A stretch of 64,000 nucleotides of DNA from Pelagomonas calceolata (Eukaryota): NCBI GenBank assembly GCA_918797485.1, contig CAKKNE010000003.1:1736001-1800000 (forward strand). The letters run 5' to 3'. Numbering within the stretch: position 1 is the stretch's first letter; each line of letters opens with the position of its first letter. The translations under genes and the position numbers were made by a program. The notes beneath the pieces were generated by a model. That model made no database searches. It had not been told where the DNA came from and was given only the letters and a program-made list of their open reading frames with translations. Shown piece by piece: positions 1 through 11,200 of the stretch.

Positions 1-1402
1 CATCAAGCGGCGCGGCGCCGGGCTGCGCCGCCAAGCACAAGCGCGACAAGCACCGGAACGCGCGGTCCCGCGCCACCGCATCAACGTCCTGGGCCGCCAC
101 CGTGGCGAGCACCCCGCAGATGCGCCGTCCCACGTCGTCTAGGACGTCGTCGGAACTCGCGTCCCGCGCGAGCACTTCCACCACCAGACACGCGGCCCGC
201 TTCTCTTCGACGGGCTTGTCCGTCAGGGCGGCGACGGCGCCCGTCACCGCCGAACCTAATAACCGAGCGCTCCCGACGACGTTCGCCGCTCTAGCTAGAG
301 TCGCCGCCGCCGCCGCCGCGAGCGGCGCGTACGCCTCCAAATCGGCGCACGCGTCGTCGTCGTCGTCGTCCGCATCGTCGTCGTCCGCCCTCGTCGCTTG
401 CCGCGTCGCCCACGCGTCCTCGTCGATGTCCCGAAAGCCCTTCGCCGCCGCGCGGGCCGCCAGCGGCGCGACGGCCTCCGCGAGCGTGTACGAAAAGTCG
501 CGGCGCCAGTAGGCCGCCGCTTCTAGAAGTGAGGCCAGCACCTCGAGCGCCGTCGACCGGACGTCGTCTCCCATAGTTTCGCTCGAGACGCACTGGCCGC
601 ACGCGTCGGCGAGCGCCTCCGCGGCGCCGGGGACCTCGAAGAGCGCCCGCGCCTTCGCGGGTAGAAAGGACGTCCACGACACGAGGGGCTCGTCGAACAA
701 TAGGGCGGCGCTCGTCAGGATCTCGGACGCGGGCCCGTCGCCGCCGGCGAGCGCCGCCGCCGTCAGGATCGCGGCCACGGCCGGCACGAGGCGCTTCGCG
801 ACGTGCTGGCGCGCCGGTTCACTTTCGACCTCGCCCGTCAAGGCCAGCGCCGCGCGGCACGCGGCGACGGCCGAACTCGGGGACGCGAGGCCCGCCTCGA
901 TGCACGTGGAGGCGCGCGGGAACCGCTCACCTAATACTCTCGGAGACGCCTCCTGGGTCGCCCTCTCTAAAATGCGCAGCGCCGCGGCGTGGCCCGGCGC
1001 TGCGATGCATCGTTCGAGGATCAGCGTGTTCGCGTCCTCGTCCGCGTCGTCCAACCCGAGGCCCTGCTGGACGAGGGCGGCGCAGTTTTCGACGGCGGCC
1101 TTGGACGACGGGCCCGTCGTCCCGAATGCTTGCGCGAGCATCGCTTCGGCCGCGCCGCGTCTGATATCGACGGCGACGCCGGGCCAGCGCGTCGCGACGA
1201 CGCGCCGCAGGAGCGTGAAGGCCAGCAGGCGCGCGCCGCCCGCACTGACGTCGCAGCAGAGCCCGAGGAGGCCCGCGGCGCAGGCGTCGGGGTCCTGCTC
1301 GAGCCAGTCTTCGTATTTTACTTCTGCCACTCGTCTCACGTCGTTTTCTGGGGAGAGCATTTCTTGCAATAGTTGCAGCGGCGAGGCTGGGGCGCGGGCC
1401 AT
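1..1402 (-). CDS. Importin-beta family (importin-5/karyopherin-like) HEAT-repeat protein, 3'-partial (runs off window start)
   Basis: Hand translation from ATG 1402: MARAPASPLQLLQEMLSPENDVRRVAEVKYEDWLEQDP...RLLAFTLLRR, which resembles the importin-beta N-terminal motif (L.SPDN..R..AE..Y). Absent from the ORF track, consistent with no stop inside the window. Confidence 0.6.
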   Translation of the reverse strand, partial: MARAPASPLQLLQEMLSPENDVRRVAEVKYEDWLEQDPDACAAGLLGLCCDVSAGGARLLAFTLLRRVVATRWPGVAVDIRRGAAEAMLAQAFGTTGPSSKAAVENCAALVQQGLGLDDADEDANTLILERCIAAPGHAAALRILERATQEASPRVLGERFPRASTCIEAGLASPSSAVAACRAALALTGEVESEPARQHVAKRLVPAVAAILTAAALAGGDGPASEILTSAALLFDEPLVSWTSFLPAKARALFEVPGAAEALADACGQCVSSETMGDDVRSTALEVLASLLEAAAYWRRDFSYTLAEAVAPLAARAAAKGFRDIDEDAWATRQATRADDDDADDDDDDACADLEAYAPLAAAAAATLARAANVVGSARLLGSAVTGAVAALTDKPVEEKRAACLVVEVLARDASSDDVLDDVGRRICGVLATVAAQDVDAVARDRAFRCLSRLCLAAQPGAAPLD

Positions 1403-1691
1403 GGCTGCGCGTACAGGCGCACTGCTGGCTGTGTGTGGGAGTGCAATGGCAGCCTGCAGGGGCAGGACTTGCAGCAGCGATCACGCGCTTGCAAAACTAG
1501 GATTAAGCGATGTATTTTGCAAGTCTTAGGGGCTGGTTTGGAGCAACTCTCGATCAGCACGGAGCCCTTTTTGCGTCAGGTGAGCAGAGCAGCCCTCTCC
1601 GAAACTAAAGACGAGAGCGGCATCGTACGCCTGAAAGAGGGTCATGACGGGTTGTCGCGTGTACGGACTCGTACAGCTCGGGTACGAGGCG

Positions 1692-1713
1692 CTAGCGGCC
1701 TGTAAGACACTAG
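1692..1713 (+). promoter_or_regulatory. CTAG-bounded intergenic motif, copy 1 (CTAGCGGCCTGTAAGACACTAG)
   Basis: One of nine similar motifs; about 90 bp upstream of ATG 1806 in a divergent promoter. Confidence 0.6.
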
Positions 1714-1805
1714 GGTGCCCAGCAAGCCGCAGAGCAAGCCAGAGCAATCGAGCCAAAGCGCTTGTGATTACTCATTGCTCTGATTACGTGTCTCCAGCGA
1801 TCACC

Positions 1806-2233
1806 ATGCAGCGGCGGCTCCTAAACTTCCTCTTGCTCTCAGCAAGTGCAGCGTTTTTGCACAGTGCACAAATCAATCTAGCTGTACGCCATCGACGCGA
1901 CGCCTGCTCGACGTCTGTATTGCGCACAGGTTCGCACCACTGCATCGGGCAGCCGCGCCGTCGCGCGTCGTGCGTTACGCGAGCGACATCCAAGCAGCGT
2001 TCAAGGAGTGCCAGACGGCCGCGGAGCTCTTCCCCGCCGGAAGCAACGAGCGGCAGGTCGCCGGCGAGATGATCGCGAAGCTCGAGGGCGCGAGCATGGC
2101 GAGCTGGAACCCCGACGACATGCAGCTCCTGGACTCGTGCCTCGTGGACGAGGGCAGCGAGGCCTGCGTCGCGTTCAGCAACGCCATGACGGCACTGCGG
2201 GAGCTCCACGAGGGGAGCCCGGGCAACGCGTGA
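1806..2233 (+). CDS. Small plastid-targeted CP12-like protein, 116 aa (exons 1806-1852, 1930-2233)
   Basis: Splicing 1853-1929 gives MQRRLLNFLLLSASAA-FAPLHRAAAPSRVVRYASDIQAAFKEC..., with a signal peptide and ASAFAP-type motif, in frame with ORF 1970..2233. C-terminal C-x8-C (CLVDEGSEAC). Confidence 0.7.
1853..1929 (+). mobile_element. Introner-derived intron, 77 bp, GT-AG, phase 2, decayed TIRs
   Basis: GT..GCACAAATCAA..TACGCCATCGACGCGA..TTGCGCACAG|G. Removal restores the ASAAFAP motif and the reading frame. Confidence 0.8.
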
Positions 2234-2278
2234 GCGCGGGGCGGCGGTATCGTACTTATCTAGATCACAAATCACACA

Positions 2279-5200
2279 TTACGTAGCCAGCAGCCCGACG
2301 CGGCCGAGCAGCTTCGAGGCGTATCCCGCGTCGCCGTCGCCCCGCGCGGCGGCGTCCGCGAGCCCTGCCGCGAGCTCCGCGCGCGTTGCAGCATGGACGC
2401 GGTTCAGGGCCCCGGCCTTCGCGGCCCCAGCGACGTAGGGCAGCGCGTAGGCGCGGTAGTCGCCAGCCAACAGCGATGCGACCTCGCTCAATAGAGCGTC
2501 GAGCGTCGCGTCCGAGAGCTGCACGTCGCCGAGAGCGACGAGGAGCCGTGCTGTCGTCCGCTCGTGATTCGCGGCAAGGACCGCGGCGACGGCGGCCTCG
2601 CCGTCGCCCGCGGCGAGATAAGCCTGACTTTCGCGCCAGGCTAATCGGTAGGCCGGAACCTTCGGTGGAGGCGGTTCGAAGGTGGCCGACGCCTCCGCTC
2701 GCGTCAACGTATCCTCTACATCGTTGAGTTGTCGCAGCAACTGCGCCGCGGCCGCCGCGGCGCCGGCTGCCGTGCGCCGCTTGCGCGATTTGCTGCGCGG
2801 CCGTGGTGGCGGCGCAATAGCGACGGGCGCAACCTTCTTTGAGGCGGGCGGCTGCATGCGCACGCGTTTCACGATCAAAGGCGCCTTGGCGACGGCTTCC
2901 TTTGGTCTCACGACGAGGGGCCGCGGCTTGGCTTCCTTGGGCGGGGGCACCTCGACGGACGGCGCGTCGTCGTCCTCGACCGCTGGCAGTCTCAGCGGTG
3001 GAACGACCGGCACTTGTCGTGGCGTCTCGACCGCGGGCGGCTCCGGACTCTTCGCCCTAGCTAGATCGACGACCGCCGCGACGCGCTCCCGTGCGAGGTC
3101 CACAGTAACCGTCCGCGGCCCCGCGCCCAGCAGGTCGACGACCGGCGTGGGCGCCGCAGCGCCGAACAGGTCCACGAGAGGCGCCGTCGGCGCCGCGCCC
3201 CCGAGGTCGACGCCCACGGCCACCGGCGACGGCGGCGGCGGCGGCGAAGGGCGCCGCGCCCAGGCCGGCGGCGCCCATTCTGCTATAGGCGGCGGAACGG
3301 GCGGCGCGGCCACCGCCGCGGGTGGTGGCGGCGCCAGGAACCGGCGCGCGGCGGCCTGCACGCGGACCGCGGCCCGCCGCTTCTCGAGGAAGCGGCGCCG
3401 CGCCACGGACCGCCTCGAGACTTTCTGCGCGACGAGGGCGCCGCGCCACCGCATCGCCGCGACTGTGCGCGCGAGGAGGCGGCGACCGCGCGTCTGCAGC
3501 ACCGTGGCCGCTGTGATTGCATCTCGCCTCGCGCGTCGCGCCAACCTCATACGAGTCCAGCTTTGGAGAACGATCGCCCTCAGACGGCGATGCGACCGGA
3601 GCGCCTCAGCCGCGGCCTCCGCGGCCGCCCGCGAATCCATAACTCGCCGGCGGCGCCGTCTCGCCGCCTCCCGTCTGGCAGCGGCGGCCCGGGCGCGCTT
3701 CTGCGCCACGACCGCGCCGACGCGAAGCTTCCCGTACGACGTCGCCGCGAGGTGCCGTCGAACCGTCGTCTCGAGCGCCACCGCGCCCTGAGCTCGCAAA
3801 GCCTCAATTCGACTGTCGCGCCGTCTCGCCGCTTCTCTTTTTGCGGAGGCGGCCCGGGCGCGCTTCTGCGCCACGGCCGCGCCGACGCGAAGGTTCCTGT
3901 ACGATGTCGCCGCGAGGTGCCGCCGAGCCATCGTCTGGAGCGCCACTGCCGCACCTTGAGCTTCCGCATAGCGCCGCCGCGCCTGAACACCACGTTCGCG
4001 GCGCTGGACACACACCGTCGCATGCTTGGTCCCGCGATACCACTGACGTACCATGAAGTGGCGCCCGGCCGCCTCGATGGCAATCGCCGCGCGGAGCCGC
4101 TTCGCCTTCCGCCGCCCAAACCAACCGCGCGCGAGCGCCTCCAGACAGATCGCGGCCGTGCGCGCGCCCTGAAACCACACTTTCCGTGACCAGCCGCGCA
4201 CCAAACTCTGGAGGACCGTCGCAGCGTCGCGCCGGCGCCGCCGCGTCGCCGCCGTCGTCCGCGCGGACCGCCGTCGGGCCAAGAGCTGGGCCACGCACGC
4301 CGCCTTGAGTAGCGCGATGTAGCGTCTTCGGGCCAGCGTGCCACGGCCACGCGCCGAGACGCGCGCCGCGGCGCCGCGCGTCGCCTCATAACAGTTCTGA
4401 GCCGCATGACGCCGGAGCGCCGCCTGGACGACGCCGGCGGCGCGTCGCGTGCGCGCGAAGCGGTTTTGCGCGGTGGCTCGTCGCGTCATGCGTTGGATCG
4501 CAACCGCAGCGGCCGCGCGGCGCTCTGCTCGGAGCTTCCGGACGCGCCGTCGCGCAAGGAAGCCGCGGTTCTGCGCCGCGAGGCGCGTGACGCCGCGTTT
4601 CGCGACGCTGAACGCCTTCAACGCCGCGGATCGCCGCGCGGCCGCTTGTATCAGCAGGGCCGCGCGCCGCGCCTCGCCGAGATCGAAGCGCCGCGCGCGG
4701 CGCCGAGCGTGCGCCTGGAGGCGCGGCAGGCGCCGTCTCGCCTCCGTCAAGAGGCGCGGCGGGAGCCGCCGCGCGATGGATTGCATCTTGATGATCGCGT
4801 CAACAGTACAACGGAAACGCTTCCTGGCTGCATCGCGCCGCGCCCGCGCCGCCAGTCGTACAGCGGCGGCAACGAGGGCCGTATGGTATTTGCGAGCGGC
4901 GCGCCGTCGCACCGACGTCTGCACCGCGATCGCACAAAGTTTCTGTCGTTTGTACGTTGTGAACGATAAGCGAGCGCGCCACGCCGTCTGCAGCGAGACG
5001 ACCATGCGCTTCAGCGCGACGTAACGCCCGCGCGCTCCAAGCCGCCGCGCCCGGGACTGCACGACTATAGCGGCGGCCCTATACTTCGCCAGGTGCCGCT
5101 TGACGGAGACGCCGCGTGCCAGGGTCTGCGCGACGCCGGCGGCGCGGCGCACCTCCGTGAAGCGCCGCCGGCAAACGCGGCCGCGCTCGAGTTTCTGCGG

Positions 5201-8200
5201 CGTCGCGCAGAGCCGTTTCGCGCGCAAGAAGCGGCGCCGCGCGAGCCGGCGCCGAATGAGAGCCTGCACCGCGATGGCGACGCGTCGCTTCCTTACATAG
5301 ATCGAACGGCACGTCGCGGCCCGGCGGCGCGATTGGATCGTGATCGCCGCCCGCTTCATGGTCCGCAGTCGCTTCGTCTGATGCCGCCGCCGCTCGGTGG
5401 ACTGGATCTTGATGATGGCGCCCTTCACAATAGAAAAGCGCCTCTGTCCTTGCCTACGTCTCACGACAGCCTGGACGGCGATCGCCTTCCTCCGCATGGC
5501 GAGGTAGCGTCTCTTCGCCAAACAACCCCGCACACATGCCTGCACCTGAACTGCTGCCCGGCGGCGCCCCGCGAAGCTTTTCATTTCAATCCGCCCGCGC
5601 ACGCGCGCCTGGACGACCGTCGCCGCGCTTTTAGCGCGCGCTAACGCTCTTGTCGCCCGTTGGGCGCGCGCGAGGGCTTGGAGTTGCGTAGCACCGCGTT
5701 TGAGCCTCCGGAAGCCCCGACAACCGACTCCGCGGCGCACGACGGCCTGGATTTTGATGACGGCACGGCGTGCTGCCAGAAAACGACGGCGTTCCAAGAA
5801 GGTTCGCAGGACGGTCTGAACGGCCACGACCGACTCACGGAAGCGCACAAAGCGCCGCCGTTGGATGACGCGACGCGAGTTCGCCTGCACGCGGACGCAG
5901 CACCGCTTGAAAGTAAGGAAGCGCCGCCGAACAAGCCACCCGCGCGCCGTTTTTCCGATGGCAGTCGCAGCGTTGCGCAGCCGCAGGAAGCGCCGCGTCG
6001 CCGCGACGCGTAGCCGCGCCGCCCGGACGAAGAGTGCGGCCCACTTCAGGTCGCCGAGCTTCCGCTTCATGTTCGTGCGGCGCCAGTTCGTCTGGATCAT
6101 CACGGTGCTTGCTCGGACCGCGGCGTAGCGTTCACGTAGCGGTCGACAGCGCCAGCGGGCCTGGAGCGCGGTGACGGCGTGGACGATTCTTTGAAAGCGC
6201 GTCGCTGCAACGAAGCGACGCGTGCAGGTTTGCAGTGCGACCGCGGCCTTGAGCTCGGCCAGGCGACGCGTCGCGATGATACGCCGGCCCGCCGCTTGCA
6301 GTCTTAGCGCCGCCCTCAGGACGTCGTAACGCTTCCTCGCCATAAAGCGGCGGCCCATCGCCTGCAAGACGATCGCCGCGTTGATGGCCCGGAAGCGGTT
6401 CCGTGCCGCCGACCGGCGACCTACCGTCTGCACGACGGTCGCCGCCGCGATGGCATCTCGCAGCGCGCGCCGCTTTGCTAGCATGCGCGTCCAGCTTTGG
6501 AGCACGATCGCCTTCGCACGGCGCCTTTGCGTGCGGCCGCGCCAGGCGGCCTGCAAGAGCACGATCCCGCGCTTCGCCACGACGAAGCGCCTCCTCGCAA
6601 GAAACGCGCGCAGGCCCGTCTGGAGCGTCCGCACCAGACGCGCGATGCGCTGGACGCGCCTTGCCACCCTCTCGAACCGCCTCCGCGCCACGAAGTCGCG
6701 GAGGAAACCCTGGAGGACGCGAACCGCGTTCTTTGCGCGCGCGAAGGCGCGGCGCGCGGTCCACGCGCGACGCCGGGTCTGCGCGACGATCGCGCAGTGG
6801 CGCACGTCGGCGAAGCGCCGTTTTGCCGCAACGCATCTCCCAAAAGTCTGGACCGCAAGAACGCCGCGACACCCTTTGAGAAAAGCTGTGCGCGCCAGCT
6901 GCCGCCGGACGCGGGCCTGGGCGGCCGTGACCACGCGTACCGTCCGGCGGAACGCGCGCCGCGCGGCGGCACCGCGATGGCGCGCCTGCAGCGTCATCAC
7001 GGCCGCGCGGCACGACAGGAACCGCCGTTGCGCCGCGGACCGCCTTCGATGGGCCTGCACCTTTATGACGACGTGACGCATCCGCGCCGCCCGCCGCCGC
7101 TCCAACGCGCCCCGCGTCCGGGCCTGGATCACGATCGCCGACGCCCGGCGCGCCGCGCGCCGTCGCTTGAGCCGCTCGGCAAGCAACCGATGGACGAGCG
7201 TGATCGCGAGGGCGCGCCGCCAGGCGCTCTGGATCAGCGTGCCGGCGCGGTCCCGGACGAAGCGCAGCGCGAAGAGCGTCCGCCGCTTGCTCCAGCGCCG
7301 CGCGACGCTCTGGAGCGCTATGACGCGCGACCGCGCGTCCCGGAAGCGGCGCTTCGAGAGGGCGCCGCGCCAAACCGTTTGTACGCGAACCGCGCGGACG
7401 CGGTACGCGCCGTACCGCTTCAGAAAATGCCCTCGCCGGGCCGCCGTCTGCGTCGTGATCGTCGCGGCCCGCAGCCCGACGAAGCACCGCCTCCACAAAG
7501 CGCCTCTCCACCGGTGCTGGAGGCGCGTGGCGGTCTCAAGGAGCGTCGCGAAGCGCCGCCGCGCGGCGCGGGCCCGGCACCACCGGACGAGCCGCCTCGT
7601 CGCCATGGCCCGCCGCACGACAGACTGCAGCGCAAGCGTACCGCGTCGCATGGCGGCGTAGGCCGCGCGGGCCGCGCGACCGCGAAGTTTCGTCTGGATG
7701 CGAACGGCGGCCAACGCGCGTCGCCGATTCGCAGCTAACAAGCGATCGCGCCGGCCGCGTTCACGGGTCTGCAGGCGAAGCGCCACGTCTTTTGCGGCCT
7801 GGAAGGTTTTCAGAGCAAGCGCGCGCCGCACGACAGTTTCGACGCGCGTCGCCGCCGCGACATGAAGCAGCAGGTTGGCCCGCAGCGCCGCCACGGCCCG
7901 TTGGAGCGCGGCGTTGATGCGTTTGAAAAGCAGGCTCCGAATCTTCAAAACCGCCCGGACCTTGGAGGCGTGTGCGCGCCACGTCGCGACCGCCGTCCCG
8001 AGCGCGATGCTCGAAAGCCGCGCGTCGCGCTTCGCGCACGCCGCCAGGAAGCGCCGCGCGCCGACGACGCGCCGCGCGGCCCGGCGGCGCGCCGCCGCCG
8101 CCGCCCGGCGGCACTGCGCGGCGAGCCGCGCGAACGCCGCCTTCAACACAAAGTCGTGCTGGCGTTTTAGGGCGGCCACGACCGTCGCCGCGGCGTCCAG

Positions 8201-11200
8201 GCGTCGCTGTTCCGCGTCCCTCATCTTCAATACGTGCAGTTGCAGCGCCGCCACGGCGCCCCGGAGCCGCCGCGCCCGGAGGCGCCCGAGCGCGTCGAAC
8301 ATATCCGACGCCGCCGCGTACCGCCGCCGGTCCGCCTCTCGGCGGGCCCGCACGTTCGCTAAAAATTTCTCCAACGTCCGCCGCGTCGCCGCGTCGAGCC
8401 GCGCCCGCGTCACCGCCGCGAGCCTTTGCGCCGCGGTGCGTTTCGCCTCCCAACGCCTCGCTGCCATCATCCGCGCGCGCAGCGCCAGGAAGCCCCGCCG
8501 CAGGCGTGTACAAAGCATCTGCTCGAGCACGCGCTTCACGCGGCGGCAGGCCACGACGCGCTTCGCCGCGCGGCGGCGAGGCGCCTCGCGGATGCGAATC
8601 ACCTGTAAGCGCCAGTCCTTTACGGCTTTTCGTTGTACAGAGGCGTAGTGGCTGTTCAGGACCCGGGCCATGCGCTCGACGGCCCGGCGCCTCTGAAATG
8701 CTTTCGACCGGGCCACGTTTTCGCCGAAGAGCCCGAGCGCCTTCTTTGTGAGCTTCCGGTAGGCGCGCGCGAGGACCTCGACGAGCGTTGACGCCGCGCG
8801 GCGCTTCTGGAGTTGGCGTTGAGCGAGCATGTGGTCGCGGAACCGTTGGAGGGCTTTGGTTTTCAAGGCGTGGAGCCTTCGCGCGAGGACGGCCGCGAGT
8901 TTCGAAGCCGCGTCCACCTTCTGCGCCTGCCGCGCTTCCTCGGCGTGCCGTCGGAGGGCGGCGAGCGCTTTACTGCACATAGCTTCGTACCGGTTTTGAA
9001 CCAAAGCCATGAGGCGCTCCGCGGCCGCTTTTCTCGACGCGGCGTCTCGGAGGCGCTTGGCCTTGCGCCGCGCCGCGTCTTCTTTTAGTTCAACCAATGC
9101 CGCCGCGAGGGCCGCCGCGTGCTGCCTCCGGAGACAATGTAACAGGGTCGCCGCCGCCGTCCTCTTGGCCGCGACGCGTTTCAGTTCAATGAACGCGGCG
9201 CCGGCCGCTTCCAAGTGCTGCCGTCGCAACAAGGTCGCGAGTCGCGCGGCCGCCCGGAGCTTCGTGGCCTGCCGCTTCCAGAGCGCGACGGCATGAATTA
9301 GTGTGGTTGCGTGGGACTGAGCCAGCGTCTCGACCAACGCGACGAGGCCCGCGTAGCGCCGCAGCCGCGCGAAGGCCGTCCGCGCCGCCCGTACGCCGTG
9401 CTTGTAGGCCAGTAACGCCGTCGCCGACGCCGCCTTGAGGCGCCGCGCCCGCGTTTTTATCACGGCGAACGCGGCGGCCGCGGCCCGAGAGTGCTGCCTC
9501 CTCAAATCGAGGGCGAGGCGCGCCGACGCCGCGCGCTTCGTCGCGACGCGCTTGAGTAACGTCAGGGCCTTGCCGAGCTTCGCCGTGCGGCCGGGGTGCA
9601 TGTCCAGGAATTGCGTGGCCGCGCGGCGCTTCCTCAGTTTCTCTTGCCGCCGGGCCTCGGCGGCGTGCCGTTTTAGGGTGTGGAGCGCCGCCCGCTTCCA
9701 CTTCGACAGGCGGGCGGCGAGTAGTTTATAAAGCCGCCGGGCCGCGGCGCGCTTCCGGAAGCGGCGCTGCGCCCAGATCGCGCAGCGGCGCATTCTACAA
9801 AACGCACGACGAGGATGCCGCCCCCGCTCGCGCCGCTGGATCTCGACCGCGGCGCGCCAGCGGCGCGCCGCGCGCTCGCGCCCGAGGCGCATGACCCGCA
9901 ACGCGTGCCGCCGCGCGCGGCGCCGGTGATTAGCTTGGACCCGAACAATCGCCTCCAGCAGAGCCTGGACCGTCTCCGCCGGTCGGATGGCGCGCCGCCT
10001 CCATCTCGATCGTAGCGCCGCCTGGAGCCGCGCGGCAGCGTCTTCCTCCTTTCGTCTCGCGACGCCGGCGCGCCGCCCGGCCGCGGCCGCGGCGACGAAG
10101 GCCGCCTCGCGGGCGCGCCGCGCGGCCTTCGGACTCAGCATCAAGACCGTGCGTGCGCGCGCCGCGGCCTCGACGCGCGCCTCCTCGTCGTGCATGGCGC
10201 GCTCGTGCCGCCGGGCCGCCCGCGCCGCGTCCGAGGCCTTCTCGCGGGCCCGCCGCGCGGCCTTGGGGCTCGCCAGTAGCACGGACTCGGCGGCGCGCGC
10301 CGCCTCGGCGCGGGCCCGCTGCGCCGCCGCCGCGCGGCGCTGGGCCTCCGCCTTGGCCCGTCGCGCCGCCTCGAGCTCCTCGGCGCGCCGCCGGGCCTCC
10401 CGCGCGGCGGCCGCGGCCCGTTGGCTCGCCCGCTTCGCCGCCCGCGGGCTCAGCGCCAGGACGACGCGGGCGGCCTCGGCCGCGCGCGCCAGCTGCTCGC
10501 GCGCCCGCCGCGCCGCCTCGCGTTCGCGCTTCTCAGCTGCGTGTGCCGCTGCTGCGGCCGCGGCGGCGTCGCGCTCGCGCCGCTCGGCCTCCTCGCGGGC
10601 CGCGCGGCGCGCCCTCTCCGCTGCCTCGACGCGCGCATCCTCGTCGTGCATGGCGCGCTCGCGGCGCCGGGCCGCCTGCGCCGCATCCGAGGCCTTCTCA
10701 CGGGCCCGCCGCGCCGCCGTCGGACTCGCCAGCAGCACGGCCTCGGCGGCCGCGGCCGCGTCGCGCCGCCGGGCCTCCTCCGCGGCCCGCCGCGCCCGGA
10801 GCCGTCGCCGGTAGTCGGCGACGCGCTCCTCGTGGCCCTTGCGCGCCGCACGGCCCCGCGTCCGCGCCTGGAGTTTCTCAGCGGCGTCCTGCGGGAACGG
10901 TCGCGCGTCCGCCGCTAGAAGTCGCCGGCCCGCATCGACGAACCGCGCCGCGAGGACGGCCGTGGCGCCGCGCGCGGGTAGGCCCGCGTCACGTAACAAC
11001 TCGTGGAGGCGCGTCCAGCTCAGATCGAGGTCGCGCCGGCCGCCGGCCTTGCGGTACGCGGCGAGGAGGGCGGCCTTCCCGTCGACCTCCGGCGGTTCGG
11101 GCGCCGCGTTCTCCTTGTCGGCGTCCCGCGGCGCCGGGGGCGGCTCCGGCGCCGGGTCGCTGCGGTTGAACGTCAGCACGCGCACGGGCGCCGGCGGCCG

